A stretch of DNA of 64,000 bases from Promethearchaeota archaeon. Lineage in GTDB: Archaea; Asgardarchaeota; Lokiarchaeia; Sigyniarchaeales; SOKP01. A model generated the notes under the pieces. The model was not told the DNA's origin. It saw nothing but the letters and a program-made list of their open reading frames with translations, and searched no databases. The stretch is taken from positions 36,155 through 100,154 of the forward strand of contig JAHLWS010000079.1 in NCBI GenBank assembly GCA_019057795.1, in the 5' to 3' direction. Both the position numbers and the translations under genes were made by a program. Position 1 is the stretch's first letter; every line of letters starts with the position of its first letter. Shown one piece after another: positions 8,470 to 19,229 of this stretch.

Positions 8470-8765
8470 TCTAAATCACAATTAAAAAATGAATACAACT
8501 AGCAAAAAAAATGGGATTTACTTTTTTCATTAGAAATAAGACAATTATCTTATAATCTTGACACTTTTAAATTTTTAGATAGTATCGTTCCTAATCTTAT
8601 TTGATAAGGTTCAATTTCTTTGAATACAATGACATTAAACTTCTGATCTTTAATAATACAGAAAAACAGCTCCATAATATGAAATTCGATAAATTAATTT
8701 AAGAAAAGACTAAAATATTAAAAAATTTAAGATCTTAGATAATAGAAATAATTTTTTGTTAATAG

Positions 8766-9980
8766 TTACCTTATAGATCTAATGAATAAATCATCTGAAT
8801 CAAATCTACACAGAACTTTATTTTCCCTTGTTAGCCAACCAATTGCCATCAGTAAAACTTTTTCGTTTTGATGCAATAAATTCTGAAGGTGAGTTAAACT
8901 TTGTTCTTCTTTAATTGTAAGATTATAAATCTGTCCTGCTAAAAAACCAATCCCAACTTCTACTTCAGACGCCAAGAGTTCGTGAAGAAGTTTATGTAGA
9001 TTTACCGATGCTACGGCTATTCTCTTATCAGCGGCACCATAATAAATATATAGTCTCTCTCCAAATATTGCGGTGCCTGTGGGGAAAACAACATTATTTA
9101 CATCTCCAACTTTTTCAAAATCTTCGATTGGCGAAAAAAGAGGTTTTTTAAGTCGTCCTATTACCTTAAACGGATCGTTTTTATCAAGGAGGGCGGCACT
9201 TGCGTGATACACCTTACCTTTATTAGAATCCTCTACAGAATGATATAACATGAGCCAACCTCTATCAGTTTCTATCAATGGTGCTCCAGCACCGATATTT
9301 CTTGATTCGTATCCAAATTTTGGCTCTATTACAACATGTTCACCTAATGTTTTTAGATAATCCTTCCAGAAATCGGTTGTCAAATCTTTAAAATCATCGA
9401 AATAAACAATTTGAATATCAGGTAATACTCTATGGAACAGTGCGAACTTATTATTAAATTTTTTTGGTATAATGAATGAATCTTTTTCCCATAAGAGTAC
9501 ATCTTCGCCAACGACATCCTTATAATATGATATAAAGAAATAATACCTTTCTTTAAGTTTTGATAAGCGGAAAAAATCCCCTGCTTCATCATATCTCATT
9601 TTAGGCGAAATTATTCCATGCTTTTCCCAATTTTTTAAATCTTTACTAGTTGCGTATGCTATTAATGCATTTCTTCCATCATAGGCCGTGTAAAACATGT
9701 AATATGTACCATCAAGAAAAACAATTCTAGGATCTTCTGTACCATGGATTTCATAATCATGTTCAGGAAACAAAATAGGGCTATTTCTCCTTTCTACGAT
9801 ATTCAAGGGCCCTTCCAATTTACAATAACCAATACTTGAATAATTTCCTTCTTTTACAGCGCGATAGAACATATGTAATGTATCTCCTTGCTGAACCACC
9901 GTAGGGTTTAATACAGCTTGATTTTCAAACTCGTTCCCAGTTGCTTCCAAAAGAACTCTTTCTCTTCGTACTATTACCAT
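8766..9980 (-). CDS. GH130-family glycoside hydrolase/phosphorylase with C-terminal DUF2582-like winged helix
   Basis: VLNP, EDPRI, KD, NVVFPTG and YYGAAD motifs; tail IGFLAGQIY...MAIGWLTRENKV. Confidence 0.8.
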   Translation of the reverse strand: MVIVRRERVLLEATGNEFENQAVLNPTVVQQGDTLHMFYRAVKEGNYSSIGYCKLEGPLNIVERRNSPILFPEHDYEIHGTEDPRIVFLDGTYYMFYTAYDGRNALIAYATSKDLKNWEKHGIISPKMRYDEAGDFFRLSKLKERYYFFISYYKDVVGEDVLLWEKDSFIIPKKFNNKFALFHRVLPDIQIVYFDDFKDLTTDFWKDYLKTLGEHVVIEPKFGYESRNIGAGAPLIETDRGWLMLYHSVEDSNKGKVYHASAALLDKNDPFKVIGRLKKPLFSPIEDFEKVGDVNNVVFPTGTAIFGERLYIYYGAADKRIAVASVNLHKLLHELLASEVEVGIGFLAGQIYNLTIKEEQSLTHLQNLLHQNEKVLLMAIGWLTRENKVLCRFDSDDLFIRSIR

Positions 9981-10105
9981 AATTTGGTATAACGATCTCT
10001 TTCTTATTAATTCATGGATATTCCTTTATTATCCCTTTATTATCCAAAATTCTTGATTATTAGTAATTTTTGGTTAAAACACTCATAAAAGCTTTATAAA
10101 TTAGT

Positions 10106-10741
10106 TTGAATATTTTAATACAGATGAATTATAGATTCGTAAAACTAATATATCCTTATAAATCTAAAGATGGAAATTTAACGCGTATTTCATCGTTAAA
10201 AGTTTATTTAAGAAATAAAAGCAATACCATTTATGATATTGTAGATCAGTATGAAAAAGTATTAGGTCCAAAAATAAAAGAGACAATCAAAGAAGTTAAA
10301 AAACTAGTTTTATTGAGAGAAATTATTAACCTCCATAATATTAATGGCATTAAAAGCGTGAACCAGATAAGAACAATGGTTAAACAAATAAAATCTGGAA
10401 AAGAAATCCTATCTCCACATGGATTACCAAATATTAAATTAGTAAAGACATAGCAATCGGAATGGATTCTATTTGATGGACACCATTCTTTACTTTCTTA
10501 CATGATTGCTGGAAAGACATATTTACATGAGGTCCCTCATTTTGTTATTGAAGACGAGAATGGTCATGTAAATGATAAAGAAATTCTTATATTTTTTGGA
10601 ATTCATTCCAAAATCTTAAATGATTCTAATTGGAGAAAATTTGTAATAAATTGGCAAGCACCGAAAGAAAGACAATTGTGTAAACGAGAGCAAAAAAATA
10701 TGGGTGAGCTCTTAGATTCAATTAGTGTTTTTTACAATTAA
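10106..10741 (+). pseudogene. ParB/sulfiredoxin-like protein split by one in-frame TAG (10451-10453)
   Basis: ORFs 10106-10453 and 10502-10741 share a frame; read-through gives ...LVKT*QSEWILFDGHHSLLSYMIAG with the DGHH motif. Confidence 0.65.
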
Positions 10742-10759
10742 ATTTTCAGCCTTATTTAT

Positions 10760-10852
10760 TTAAGGAATATTGAAAAAATAGCAGAAGAATTAATTGAAAC
10801 ATGGGTTGAAGATTTAGTAATAAATAAAACTTATTTAGGCTTAAATTTCCAA
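10760..10852 (+). pseudogene. Fragment of an MjaI-family restriction endonuclease
   Basis: Translates LRNIEKIAEELIETWVEDLVINKTYLGLNFQ, matching the W..DLVI.KT..GL.FQ pattern I associate with MjaI-type enzymes; no start codon or rest of gene. Confidence 0.5.
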
Positions 10853-10994
10853 ATATCATCATTTATAAACGAAAAAAGTGTAATATTAGACAGAGATCAA
10901 AAGAATTAATGATTGAAAGAAAAAATCCTTGAAGTTATCCAATTTCCGAACCAAAGGAATATTTTTTAAAATAATAACCATTTCTTTTTATTGA

Positions 10995-12290
10995 ATGAAC
11001 CTACCCGCAATCATATTGATTTTGGTTTTATTTTCGATTTTGATGGCTTTTTTTTCTCAGAACAAGATAGATTATTTCCCTATTGCATTAATCGTAGGAA
11101 CCATCGCAGTAGTTTCAATGACCACGCTTGGTAATGTTGAAGAGATAGAAATTCTTGGATTTATCAATTTTAACACGTTAATCTTTATATTTGCAATGCA
11201 GATAATCATCTATTTTGCAACTTATAATCGAGTTTTAGAATATACCGCGATCAAATTGATTCATATCACGAAAGGGGATAACCGATTATTTTTCATTATG
11301 ATTTGCGTGTTTACAGGTACCATGGTAGGCTTTATCGAGGATGTAACTCTCTCGTTGATAATGGTTCCTTTGATATACAGAACATGCCGAATTTTAGAGA
11401 TACCTGCTGGTACATACATGATGGGGATGACCATTACTATAAACATCGGCGCAATACTCACGCCTGTCTCGAGCTTAAAAAACTTGATAATTGGCCAGGA
11501 ATTTGGGTGGGGTTTTGGTGAGTATCTTGCCAATATGGGTATTCTGTTTTTAATCGCGTTAATATCCACCATTTTCTTGATGGATAAGTTCATATTAAAA
11601 AAAGAAGAAAAACCAACTGAAAAAAACAAGGAGATACTATTATCAATGCTCGACCCGGGAATTGTAATTCGGGATAAAAGATACTTTTTAATGACAATTA
11701 TAATTATTCTAGCCACTTTCGGCTTCATGTTCTTAGGATTTGAACCTGCCCTTGTCACGATCATATCTGCCGCTATACTTCTTCTTATTCACTCTAAGAA
11801 ATCTAAGTTTTCGGATATTAAGAACGATATCGATTGGAAAATCATCATTACATTTGCGATCTTGTTCATTCTTTCGAATTCTTTATCATATTTTGGCTTT
11901 TCAGAGTTGATCTCCACAGGTTTGGTAAGTTTGTTAAATAATAACATTTATCTGGCCGTGTTGATAACATTGGGTGCCACTACTCTCTTGTCCGCATTTC
12001 TTGCGGGTACACCCGTTACCATCATCCTTCTCCCGATTTTTTCGGCAATCATAGGAGAAGGTTTCTTTCCTAACCCGATTATTATTGCTTTCATCGGCGG
12101 CGTTAATATGGCAGGTAATTTCCTACCGCAAGGTTCTGCATGCGATCTTCTCACCCTGAATTTGGCAAAAAAATACAAAGTGGTGAATTTGGATTACAGA
12201 CGCTTACTAAAAAATGGCGCACTTTTCGCAACGCTTCACTTTGTCATCATTTTGGGATATACAATGGTGTACACTTTAATATTAAGTTAA
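10995..12290 (+). CDS. ArsB/NhaD/SLC13-family ion transporter
   Basis: Polytopic membrane protein; NIGAILTPVSSLKNLII and GNFLPQGSAC motifs. Confidence 0.8.
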   Translation: MNLPAIILILVLFSILMAFFSQNKIDYFPIALIVGTIAVVSMTTLGNVEEIEILGFINFNTLIFIFAMQIIIYFATYNRVLEYTAIKLIHITKGDNRLFFIMICVFTGTMVGFIEDVTLSLIMVPLIYRTCRILEIPAGTYMMGMTITINIGAILTPVSSLKNLIIGQEFGWGFGEYLANMGILFLIALISTIFLMDKFILKKEEKPTEKNKEILLSMLDPGIVIRDKRYFLMTIIIILATFGFMFLGFEPALVTIISAAILLLIHSKKSKFSDIKNDIDWKIIITFAILFILSNSLSYFGFSELISTGLVSLLNNNIYLAVLITLGATTLLSAFLAGTPVTIILLPIFSAIIGEGFFPNPIIIAFIGGVNMAGNFLPQGSACDLLTLNLAKKYKVVNLDYRRLLKNGALFATLHFVIILGYTMVYTLILS

Positions 12291-12334
12291 GAGACTTTTA
12301 GTTTTATAAATAAATTCCCTACTAACAAGACAGA

Positions 12335-13225
12335 TTATTGTGCTAACTTCTCTTTTATTTGAGCAACCAATTTTTCGCTTTCTTCAGAATCAGTTAAAAA
12401 TTCAATATCTAAGGGTGATGTAATCCCTAATTCTAATTCAACGGCTCTTTTAATTTGATCTTGTTCAAAAATCGATCCGTCTGTAACCTCTGGTGTTGTT
12501 CCAAGAATTCGCAATATTGCGACTCCCACGGCGTCAATAGCTATTTTATCTGTGCTAGAAACAAATACATTTGCTTCTACGCGCGTACCTTCAATAGGTC
12601 CACGATCGACAAATGTAATAACCCCATCCATAACGATCAGGTCAGGTTTATAAACGCAGTTAATCTCTGCTATCATTTCCCTTTGATACTTTGAGGAGTG
12701 TAACTCTGACATGTTTTTTTTATTGACTAATCCTACTGCGTTTTTTAGCGAGATAGTAAATTGCCCACCATACATGTGAGTTTTTAAGCAGCATGTTTCA
12801 ATAATACATTCTGCTTCGTCGTAAATTTTGGCAAAAAGGAATCCTTCTTTCCAATGATTACCATCAGGGTTTTTATGGGCATACTCATCCTTGCTTACAT
12901 CTGTTAAATCAACTATTTTAAATCCTAATTCTTTTGCTAAAGCGTTTAAACCTTTTTTCTCGAAAACCTCTGAAGTTTTCGCTGGACCAGCTCGCTCCGC
13001 AAGTGTTATCGATTCTGCACCCATTTCCTTTAGCTTTAAAACGAGTTGCTTCACAGTTTCCATTGAGCTTGAGGCAGGAGGAGGATCGGCAGTATTAAAA
13101 TTTGGTTTAAGAATTACGTTTTTGCCCTTAACGGGATTAATATCTAATAATTCGATGGACTTAGTTACGCCATATACGCGATCTTTAGTCGAAACAACTG
13201 CTACTTTAGTCATTATATCCACCAT
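12335..13225 (-). CDS. DUF362 family protein
   Basis: VILKPNFN, LKTH, TISLKNAVG and DLIVMDG motifs. Confidence 0.85.
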   Translation of the reverse strand: MVDIMTKVAVVSTKDRVYGVTKSIELLDINPVKGKNVILKPNFNTADPPPASSSMETVKQLVLKLKEMGAESITLAERAGPAKTSEVFEKKGLNALAKELGFKIVDLTDVSKDEYAHKNPDGNHWKEGFLFAKIYDEAECIIETCCLKTHMYGGQFTISLKNAVGLVNKKNMSELHSSKYQREMIAEINCVYKPDLIVMDGVITFVDRGPIEGTRVEANVFVSSTDKIAIDAVGVAILRILGTTPEVTDGSIFEQDQIKRAVELELGITSPLDIEFLTDSEESEKLVAQIKEKLAQ

Positions 13226-13605
13226 ATATTAAGTAGCTAATTGGATGAATACATTAAAATTTGACTGTTTTAAAAATAATATATATTGAAAAAGCAATTA
13301 TTTCTGCGATGAATTTTTTGCTGGCTCTGGTTATACCAAAGTAATATTTCTGAAAATGACGACACATCGGAATTTACATCTTCAATTCATTGATAACGGC
13401 GGAGTTTCTTTACCAGATGATCCTAGATCTCTTTGGAATGAGACTCAGTCGATATTATATGTTCGGTAAATTTTTATCTCTCTAAAATACAACTATAGTT
13501 TATAAATAATAAGTAAAACCTTGATATATTTTAAAATATAATCGTAATTAGAATGAAAATTGAACTATTAAGGTAACCACTAAGAATGAGTTGATAACAT
13601 AAATT

Positions 13606-14442
13606 ATGAGTATGGAAGGAAAGATTTGTATAATAACCGGCGCAAACTCTGGCATTGGTAAAGCTACAGCTATTGATTTAGCAAAAATGAATGCTACAAT
13701 AGTAATGATGTGTCGTAGCAAAGAGCGTGGAGAAGAAGCGCAAAAAGAGATAATTGAACTCACCGGTAATAAAAAAGTGGATTTGCTTTTATGCGATTTA
13801 TCTTCTCAGGAATCCATACGCAAATTCGTTTCCGAATTCAAGAGTAAATATCAGAAATTACACATATTAATAAATAATGCTGGAATTATGCTCTCAAAGC
13901 GAGTAATATCCGTGGATGGATTTGAAATGAATTTTGTCGTGAATTACCTTGCGTCCTTTTTATTGACGAATTTATTGCTTGATGTGTTAAAAAAGAGTGC
14001 TCCAAGTCGTATTATAAATGTAAGTTCTGCAGCGCATAGAATGGCAAAAATGGATTTTGACGATCTTCAGAGCGAAAAAAGGAAATACCGCTTATTTAAA
14101 ATATATGGAACCTCAAAATTAGCATTGATGCTATTTTCTTATGAATTAAGCAGAAGATTAGAAGGAACCAGTGTAACTGTTAATACCCTCCATCCTGGTG
14201 TTGTTAATACTAATTTAGGTCAAGATCAATCCTCATTTAGCAGGGGATTCGCCAAGCTCTTCTTTAAAAAACCGGAAAAAGGTGCAGAAACATCCATTTA
14301 TTTAGCATCGTCGCAAGAAGTAGAAGGGATAACAGGAAAATATTTCATAAAAAAGCAACAAAAACAATCTTCTGAAGAATCTTACAACGAGGATTATGCT
14401 AAGAGGTTGTGGGAACTTAGCACAGAAATGACACGCCTCTAA
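13606..14442 (+). CDS. Short-chain dehydrogenase/reductase (retinol-dehydrogenase-like)
   Basis: TGANSGIG, NNAG, YGTSK and HPGVV motifs. Confidence 0.9.
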   Translation: MSMEGKICIITGANSGIGKATAIDLAKMNATIVMMCRSKERGEEAQKEIIELTGNKKVDLLLCDLSSQESIRKFVSEFKSKYQKLHILINNAGIMLSKRVISVDGFEMNFVVNYLASFLLTNLLLDVLKKSAPSRIINVSSAAHRMAKMDFDDLQSEKRKYRLFKIYGTSKLALMLFSYELSRRLEGTSVTVNTLHPGVVNTNLGQDQSSFSRGFAKLFFKKPEKGAETSIYLASSQEVEGITGKYFIKKQQKQSSEESYNEDYAKRLWELSTEMTRL

Positions 14443-14599
14443 AATGAATAATGTAGGAAAACCTATTTTATTTTTCTTTTCATTCTTTTGAAATTAACTA
14501 TAAGTTAGTTTGGAACTCTTCAATAATATTAACAAAATAAAAATTTAAGAACAAATTGAGATCAAATCTTTTTTATATTGGAGTGTTTTATCTTATTTT

Positions 14600-15757
14600 A
14601 TGAGTATCCTAAACTTGTTCATTGAAATTGAGCTTAAACTTAAGCAATACAAGTTACAGTTTGTATTTCTATTTTTATTTTGGTTTGGCGGTTTCATTTC
14701 TTTCATTATTATCGAACCCAATCATAGTTTGTATGAATACATCCTATACTCCTTGACTGTACGCCGTCCAGTAAGTGCTGTGGATTTCACTAATTTTTAC
14801 GCATTATTGTGGCCGATTTTATTAGAGGTGATTGTTTTTGGATTTATCATGGGGGAATTAATGGAAAAATATAACCCTGTTATTACCAGTAGAATTCTTG
14901 CTAAATACAAGCGCAAACATACTGTAATCATTGGATTTAACCATATATCTGAGAGGATAATTGAATATTGTGTTGATAATAAAGAATCATTTTGTATCAT
15001 AGAGGATAATTTAGAATTAGTCGAAGATTTAATCAGTACGGGGTATCCAGTAGTCGTTGGTGACCCTACTGAGACATCTAACCTTGCATATGCGAGCATA
15101 AAGCGAGCTAGGGAAATTTTTATAAATTCAGATGATGTTAGAATAGTAATAATTTGCACAGAAAAGATCCGCAAGGTCAACCAAATATGCCCAATTTACG
15201 TACGCGCATTTGAAGACCACGTGCAAGAATATCTTAAACAGCCGCCTTTAAACGCAATTCCATTTTCCACTTCAAAATGGGCAATGGATGGCATCCATAA
15301 ATGGACCAAAAACAAAACAGGAAAGGCAATTGTAATTGGACACGATAGTTTAACCCATCGAATTGCACATCACATTTCTTTGAATCCAGAGAGAGAAATA
15401 TTCCTTTTTGACGATATACACGATGGCATTGAGTTTGTGGTAAATCCGAACTTACATATCATAAATGAATTCGCTTGTTTTTTAAGTGATTTACTACAAC
15501 ATGTAAATTTAGACTATGTGACCCAGGTATTTATTTGTTGGAAAGCTGATTCAGAATTTGATGAATCGTTGTATTTAACTTCAAAACTTAATCTACGATA
15601 TCCACATATTAAGATATTTGTGCGAATATTTGACGAAGAATTCATAGATTTAGTTGAAAAATATAATGCAAAAACCTTTTCAACTTCTAACAACGCGTTT
15701 AAAATGCTCCAAAAAGTAGTTGCTTCTAATTCCGCAATTGCTCATAAAAATTTTTGA
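14600..15757 (+). CDS. Two-TM channel-like protein with tandem TrkA-N/RCK domains
   Basis: Two N-terminal hydrophobic helices, HTVIIG and VVVGDPT Rossmann motifs, second KAIVIG domain; no GYG filter. Confidence 0.65.
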   Translation: MSILNLFIEIELKLKQYKLQFVFLFLFWFGGFISFIIIEPNHSLYEYILYSLTVRRPVSAVDFTNFYALLWPILLEVIVFGFIMGELMEKYNPVITSRILAKYKRKHTVIIGFNHISERIIEYCVDNKESFCIIEDNLELVEDLISTGYPVVVGDPTETSNLAYASIKRAREIFINSDDVRIVIICTEKIRKVNQICPIYVRAFEDHVQEYLKQPPLNAIPFSTSKWAMDGIHKWTKNKTGKAIVIGHDSLTHRIAHHISLNPEREIFLFDDIHDGIEFVVNPNLHIINEFACFLSDLLQHVNLDYVTQVFICWKADSEFDESLYLTSKLNLRYPHIKIFVRIFDEEFIDLVEKYNAKTFSTSNNAFKMLQKVVASNSAIAHKNF

Positions 15758-15782
15758 TAGATGTAACTAAAATAGGTATTTC

Positions 15783-16847
15783 TTAAAGTTTTGAACCACA
15801 AACCTCACAATATACAGATAAACCCTTCATTTTTTTCTTAATAAGCTCTGGGGGTAATTGTTCCTTGCAGTCAGGACAAGCTTGGGGATATTCGGCGTTT
15901 TCAAATTCGGATTTTATAGACGCGCTTTGTTTAGTAGTCGATGAGTCTATTTTTGGTTCCTCTTTGTCGATTGGGATTTGCTGTGGTTGAGCGTCGATTT
16001 TACTTAGTGTTTGAGTTAGATCTGTCGTTTTTCCCTTGCTTAACTTGAAGAGAGTCATATTTTCTTTTGAAGCTGCAACCAAAAACACATCTTCATTCGG
16101 TACAGTAGAGATGTTAGAGTTAGCAAGACAAGAAATTTTAGTATCGAGCTCATATTCTCCAATAATTTCTTTATCGGAATTAATTAGTTTTATAACCCCG
16201 CTATTATACCCCACGATCATAGTAGGTTGGTTGTAAAAATTACAAAATGTTAGACAGGTAGGTTGATTATCTAATTGAACAAATAATTTCGAATTCCCTT
16301 TATTATCGACATTAACGATCTTCCCGGATTTTAATAGGACAAAGATTTTCCCTACATAATCGTCAGATAGGTAACCAATGGTGCAATCTACGATTAATTC
16401 CTTGGCTTTAAACTCGAGAAAGCTTTTCCCTTCATTGTCTAATCCAACTAATCGTTGATCTTCCAAGCCAACTAAAATCTCACTTCTATTATCCTCCCTT
16501 AAATCCCCCGTTTCCATACATATTACAGGAGACTTTAAATTTGTTGTCCAAATTGGATTTCCTTTTATATCCATTACGTATACTGTTCCATCTAACGAGC
16601 CTGATATTAATTCTATGTTTTTCTCTTTACTGACTGAAGCTATGTCGAAACAAGTTATGTTCGAAGAGAATTCAGTGAGGAATACTTGCTTACCGTATAA
16701 ATCAAAAGCCTTCATTTCAGCACTAAATGAACATCCTATTACTTCCGGCTCAGAATCTCCTATTAAATTTGCTATTATGCAAGAATAGACTGCTCTTTTA
16801 AAACGGTGGCTCCATATTGGTCGTACATTAATTAATTGCGTTGACAT
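15783..16847 (-). CDS. Beta-propeller protein with C-terminal zinc ribbon
   Basis: Repeated D....ELI.GS.D blades; CPDC...CEVC. Confidence 0.7.
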   Translation of the reverse strand: MSTQLINVRPIWSHRFKRAVYSCIIANLIGDSEPEVIGCSFSAEMKAFDLYGKQVFLTEFSSNITCFDIASVSKEKNIELISGSLDGTVYVMDIKGNPIWTTNLKSPVICMETGDLREDNRSEILVGLEDQRLVGLDNEGKSFLEFKAKELIVDCTIGYLSDDYVGKIFVLLKSGKIVNVDNKGNSKLFVQLDNQPTCLTFCNFYNQPTMIVGYNSGVIKLINSDKEIIGEYELDTKISCLANSNISTVPNEDVFLVAASKENMTLFKLSKGKTTDLTQTLSKIDAQPQQIPIDKEEPKIDSSTTKQSASIKSEFENAEYPQACPDCKEQLPPELIKKKMKGLSVYCEVCGSKL

Positions 16848-17011
16848 TTGTTATCTCCATATAAGAAAATAAATTTTATTATTCCATAATTCTAGTAGAT
16901 TTAATCACTTAAATAAATATTAGAGAGTTATATTGGAATTTTACAACTCTAATCGAAGTAATAAAGTTGAGTAATTCAAAGGAACAATTGCTTTAATCGC
17001 AAGTACAGGCT

Positions 17012-17464
17012 CTATTCTATATCCTCTTTAACTTTTTTCACTAACTTTTTAAAAGCCTCTGTTAAGTTACCTATTTCTGTATTCTGCACATCCACCTCTT
17101 CATCAAAATCTGTGTCAATCTCTTCAAAAGAAACCGTTTTTAGATCGTGTGTGCATAACTTTAAAGCTATGTTAGTTAACTTATGGATTGGTTTTACTAC
17201 CGAGTCAGCTAGTTTTAAACCTACAAAAAGAGTTATTACGATAATTTCCCATAGTGAGACAAATATTATAGCCAGCTGTATCTCTAAGTTCTCAACTATT
17301 TTCGCTTGTTCTGCAGGTGTAGCACTAATTATGCTAGTACCGATCAAATTATTAAATATTGCTGCGGTGATAGCAATACTTCCTAAGGAAATTAAGCACA
17401 AAATAATGAAACTCATAAGAATTTGTTGTCTAATTCCAAATTTGCGTTGTTTTTGTGTAGCCAA
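17012..17464 (-). CDS. Small 2-TM HAMP-domain protein without an output domain
   Basis: Two TMs, VVKPIHKL and EIGNLTEAF. Confidence 0.75.
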   Translation of the reverse strand: MATQKQRKFGIRQQILMSFIILCLISLGSIAITAAIFNNLIGTSIISATPAEQAKIVENLEIQLAIIFVSLWEIIVITLFVGLKLADSVVKPIHKLTNIALKLCTHDLKTVSFEEIDTDFDEEVDVQNTEIGNLTEAFKKLVKKVKEDIE

Positions 17465-17466
17465 TT

Positions 17467-19194
17467 TTATCCCTCCTCCGGCATGAAACCTTCTATTTCA
17501 GATGACGCCATTATTTCCTTAACTGTTTTAAAAGCAATTTCTATTCGCTTTTGAACGTTTTTAGCAGAATAAATGGTGATATATTTACCAAATGGGGTGG
17601 CACTAACCATTTCTGTCATTTTATTATGATGTTTTTTAAGTTCGGGACCAATTCCTATTAAAATAAAATTCAGGGGTGGTTTGATAGTTTTAATTAAACT
17701 TGCAATCTTTTTTGGATTATATTTTCTACTTTCGTTGTCTTCTCCATCTGTTAAAGTTACGACCCATTTCTGGCGTTCTTGAGTTTCTTGACCATGAATA
17801 ACTGGTGCCTCTCTCAACATTTCTATCGCACGTGCTATTGAATCGTATAAGCGTGTATTAAATGGTAAGGCTTTCAAATTATTAAAAATTTGGGCAATAT
17901 CAGAAATACCACTTTTTTTCTCAGTCAATTTTAGATGTATTAATGTGTTCGAATGGAAACCTATAATTGCTATTCGATCTCCAATATTAATAGTTTCATC
18001 AAAAACTCCTAAAGCTCCCCTTCGAGCTGCTGACATTTTATCCCATTCATGCATGCTCCCAGATTGATCTATTACGAATATTACATCTTTTTTACGAACG
18101 AGTACGACATTTATCTTTGAAAGCTCGTTCTCAGCTTTATGATGGAGTGTTGTATTTCCTTTACTTTCATACAATTTAACCAATGCTTCAAGAATATTTT
18201 TCATTAATGGAAAGTTTCTAAGACTTTCAGCAAATTTCAAAGAATCTTTAAAATGCTCTTCTGCTAATTCCGGATTGTTCTTTAATAAGGTAAGTCTTCC
18301 TAGTTGAAACTCATCTTCCGCTAATCCAATATTATATTCCCATTTACTGTCTAGCTGAATCGCCTTATCGAGGTACTCTTGAGCTAGATCTAACTCATTC
18401 TTAAGCATGTGAAGTATCCCTATATTTCTGTTTCTTGAAGCTATTCCTTCCTCATCTCCCATTTCCTTATCAATCTCGAGGGCCTTGTTAAAATCATTCA
18501 TTGCATTTGTCCAGTTTTCTTCTGAAAGGAAAAGAAGACCCCGATTATTGTAGCGAGGACCTAAACCCGCCATATCATCGTGTTCTACACCAATCTCAAT
18601 GGCTTTATCGTAGGATTCCTTAGCTTTAGTAAAATCGCCCCAATTTCTATATATATTTCCAAGGTTATTCAAACACATTCCTTGTCCATGGTGTTCTTTT
18701 GTCGATTTAAATAATTCTAAGGCTGAATTGTAGTTTTTGAAAGCGAGAGCCATATCTCCTTGATAATAACTTATATTCCCCAAACGCATTACTACTAATA
18801 AATTTTGAAAGGATTGGGCGAGAATACCAAGCTCGTTTCCTCTGATCTTGCCATCAATAAGAATTTCTTGAGTTAAATCTCCTTCAGTAATATTTTCTAT
18901 TGAATGGGTTAAATCGATAATAGGTAACGTAATGCTTCTGGCGATTATAGTTACCGCGAAAAGCACTATGATAATAATTCCTGCCGCAACAAGAGAGAAA
19001 GTTATAATCATCGGCACCTTAAGTACTTCAAGTTGAGTATAACCCAAACCAACAAATTCGTCAATATTCGTAATTAACATTAACAATAATACTAATGTTA
19101 AAATTATAAACGGAATTAAAATACAAACGACCATAGTCTTCATGATACGTTTTTTTAACGACTTGCTTTTAACTAATCTTTGCTCAATCTCCAT
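17467..19194 (-). CDS. Membrane protein with 2TM-HAMP-TPR-vWA architecture
   Basis: ITLPIIDL...[13 protein letters not shown]; NNLGNIY and NNRGLL TPRs; DQSGS, T and LTDGEDN MIDAS motif. Confidence 0.85.
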   Translation of the reverse strand: MEIEQRLVKSKSLKKRIMKTMVVCILIPFIILTLVLLLMLITNIDEFVGLGYTQLEVLKVPMIITFSLVAAGIIIIVLFAVTIIARSITLPIIDLTHSIENITEGDLTQEILIDGKIRGNELGILAQSFQNLLVVMRLGNISYYQGDMALAFKNYNSALELFKSTKEHHGQGMCLNNLGNIYRNWGDFTKAKESYDKAIEIGVEHDDMAGLGPRYNNRGLLFLSEENWTNAMNDFNKALEIDKEMGDEEGIASRNRNIGILHMLKNELDLAQEYLDKAIQLDSKWEYNIGLAEDEFQLGRLTLLKNNPELAEEHFKDSLKFAESLRNFPLMKNILEALVKLYESKGNTTLHHKAENELSKINVVLVRKKDVIFVIDQSGSMHEWDKMSAARRGALGVFDETINIGDRIAIIGFHSNTLIHLKLTEKKSGISDIAQIFNNLKALPFNTRLYDSIARAIEMLREAPVIHGQETQERQKWVVTLTDGEDNESRKYNPKKIASLIKTIKPPLNFILIGIGPELKKHHNKMTEMVSATPFGKYITIYSAKNVQKRIEIAFKTVKEIMASSEIEGFMPEEG

Positions 19195-19229
19195 TAAAAT
19201 CGTCTCTTTTTATTTGTGATATTTTAAAA

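Noticed and set aside
10430-10480. BHB intron explaining the in-frame TAG
   Set aside because: No BHB pairing found by eye, and the frame is continuous without removing anything
13270-13470. Coding-looking intergenic stretch (GGVSLPDDPRSLWNETQSILYVR)
   Set aside because: Possibly a gene remnant, but no family could be assigned
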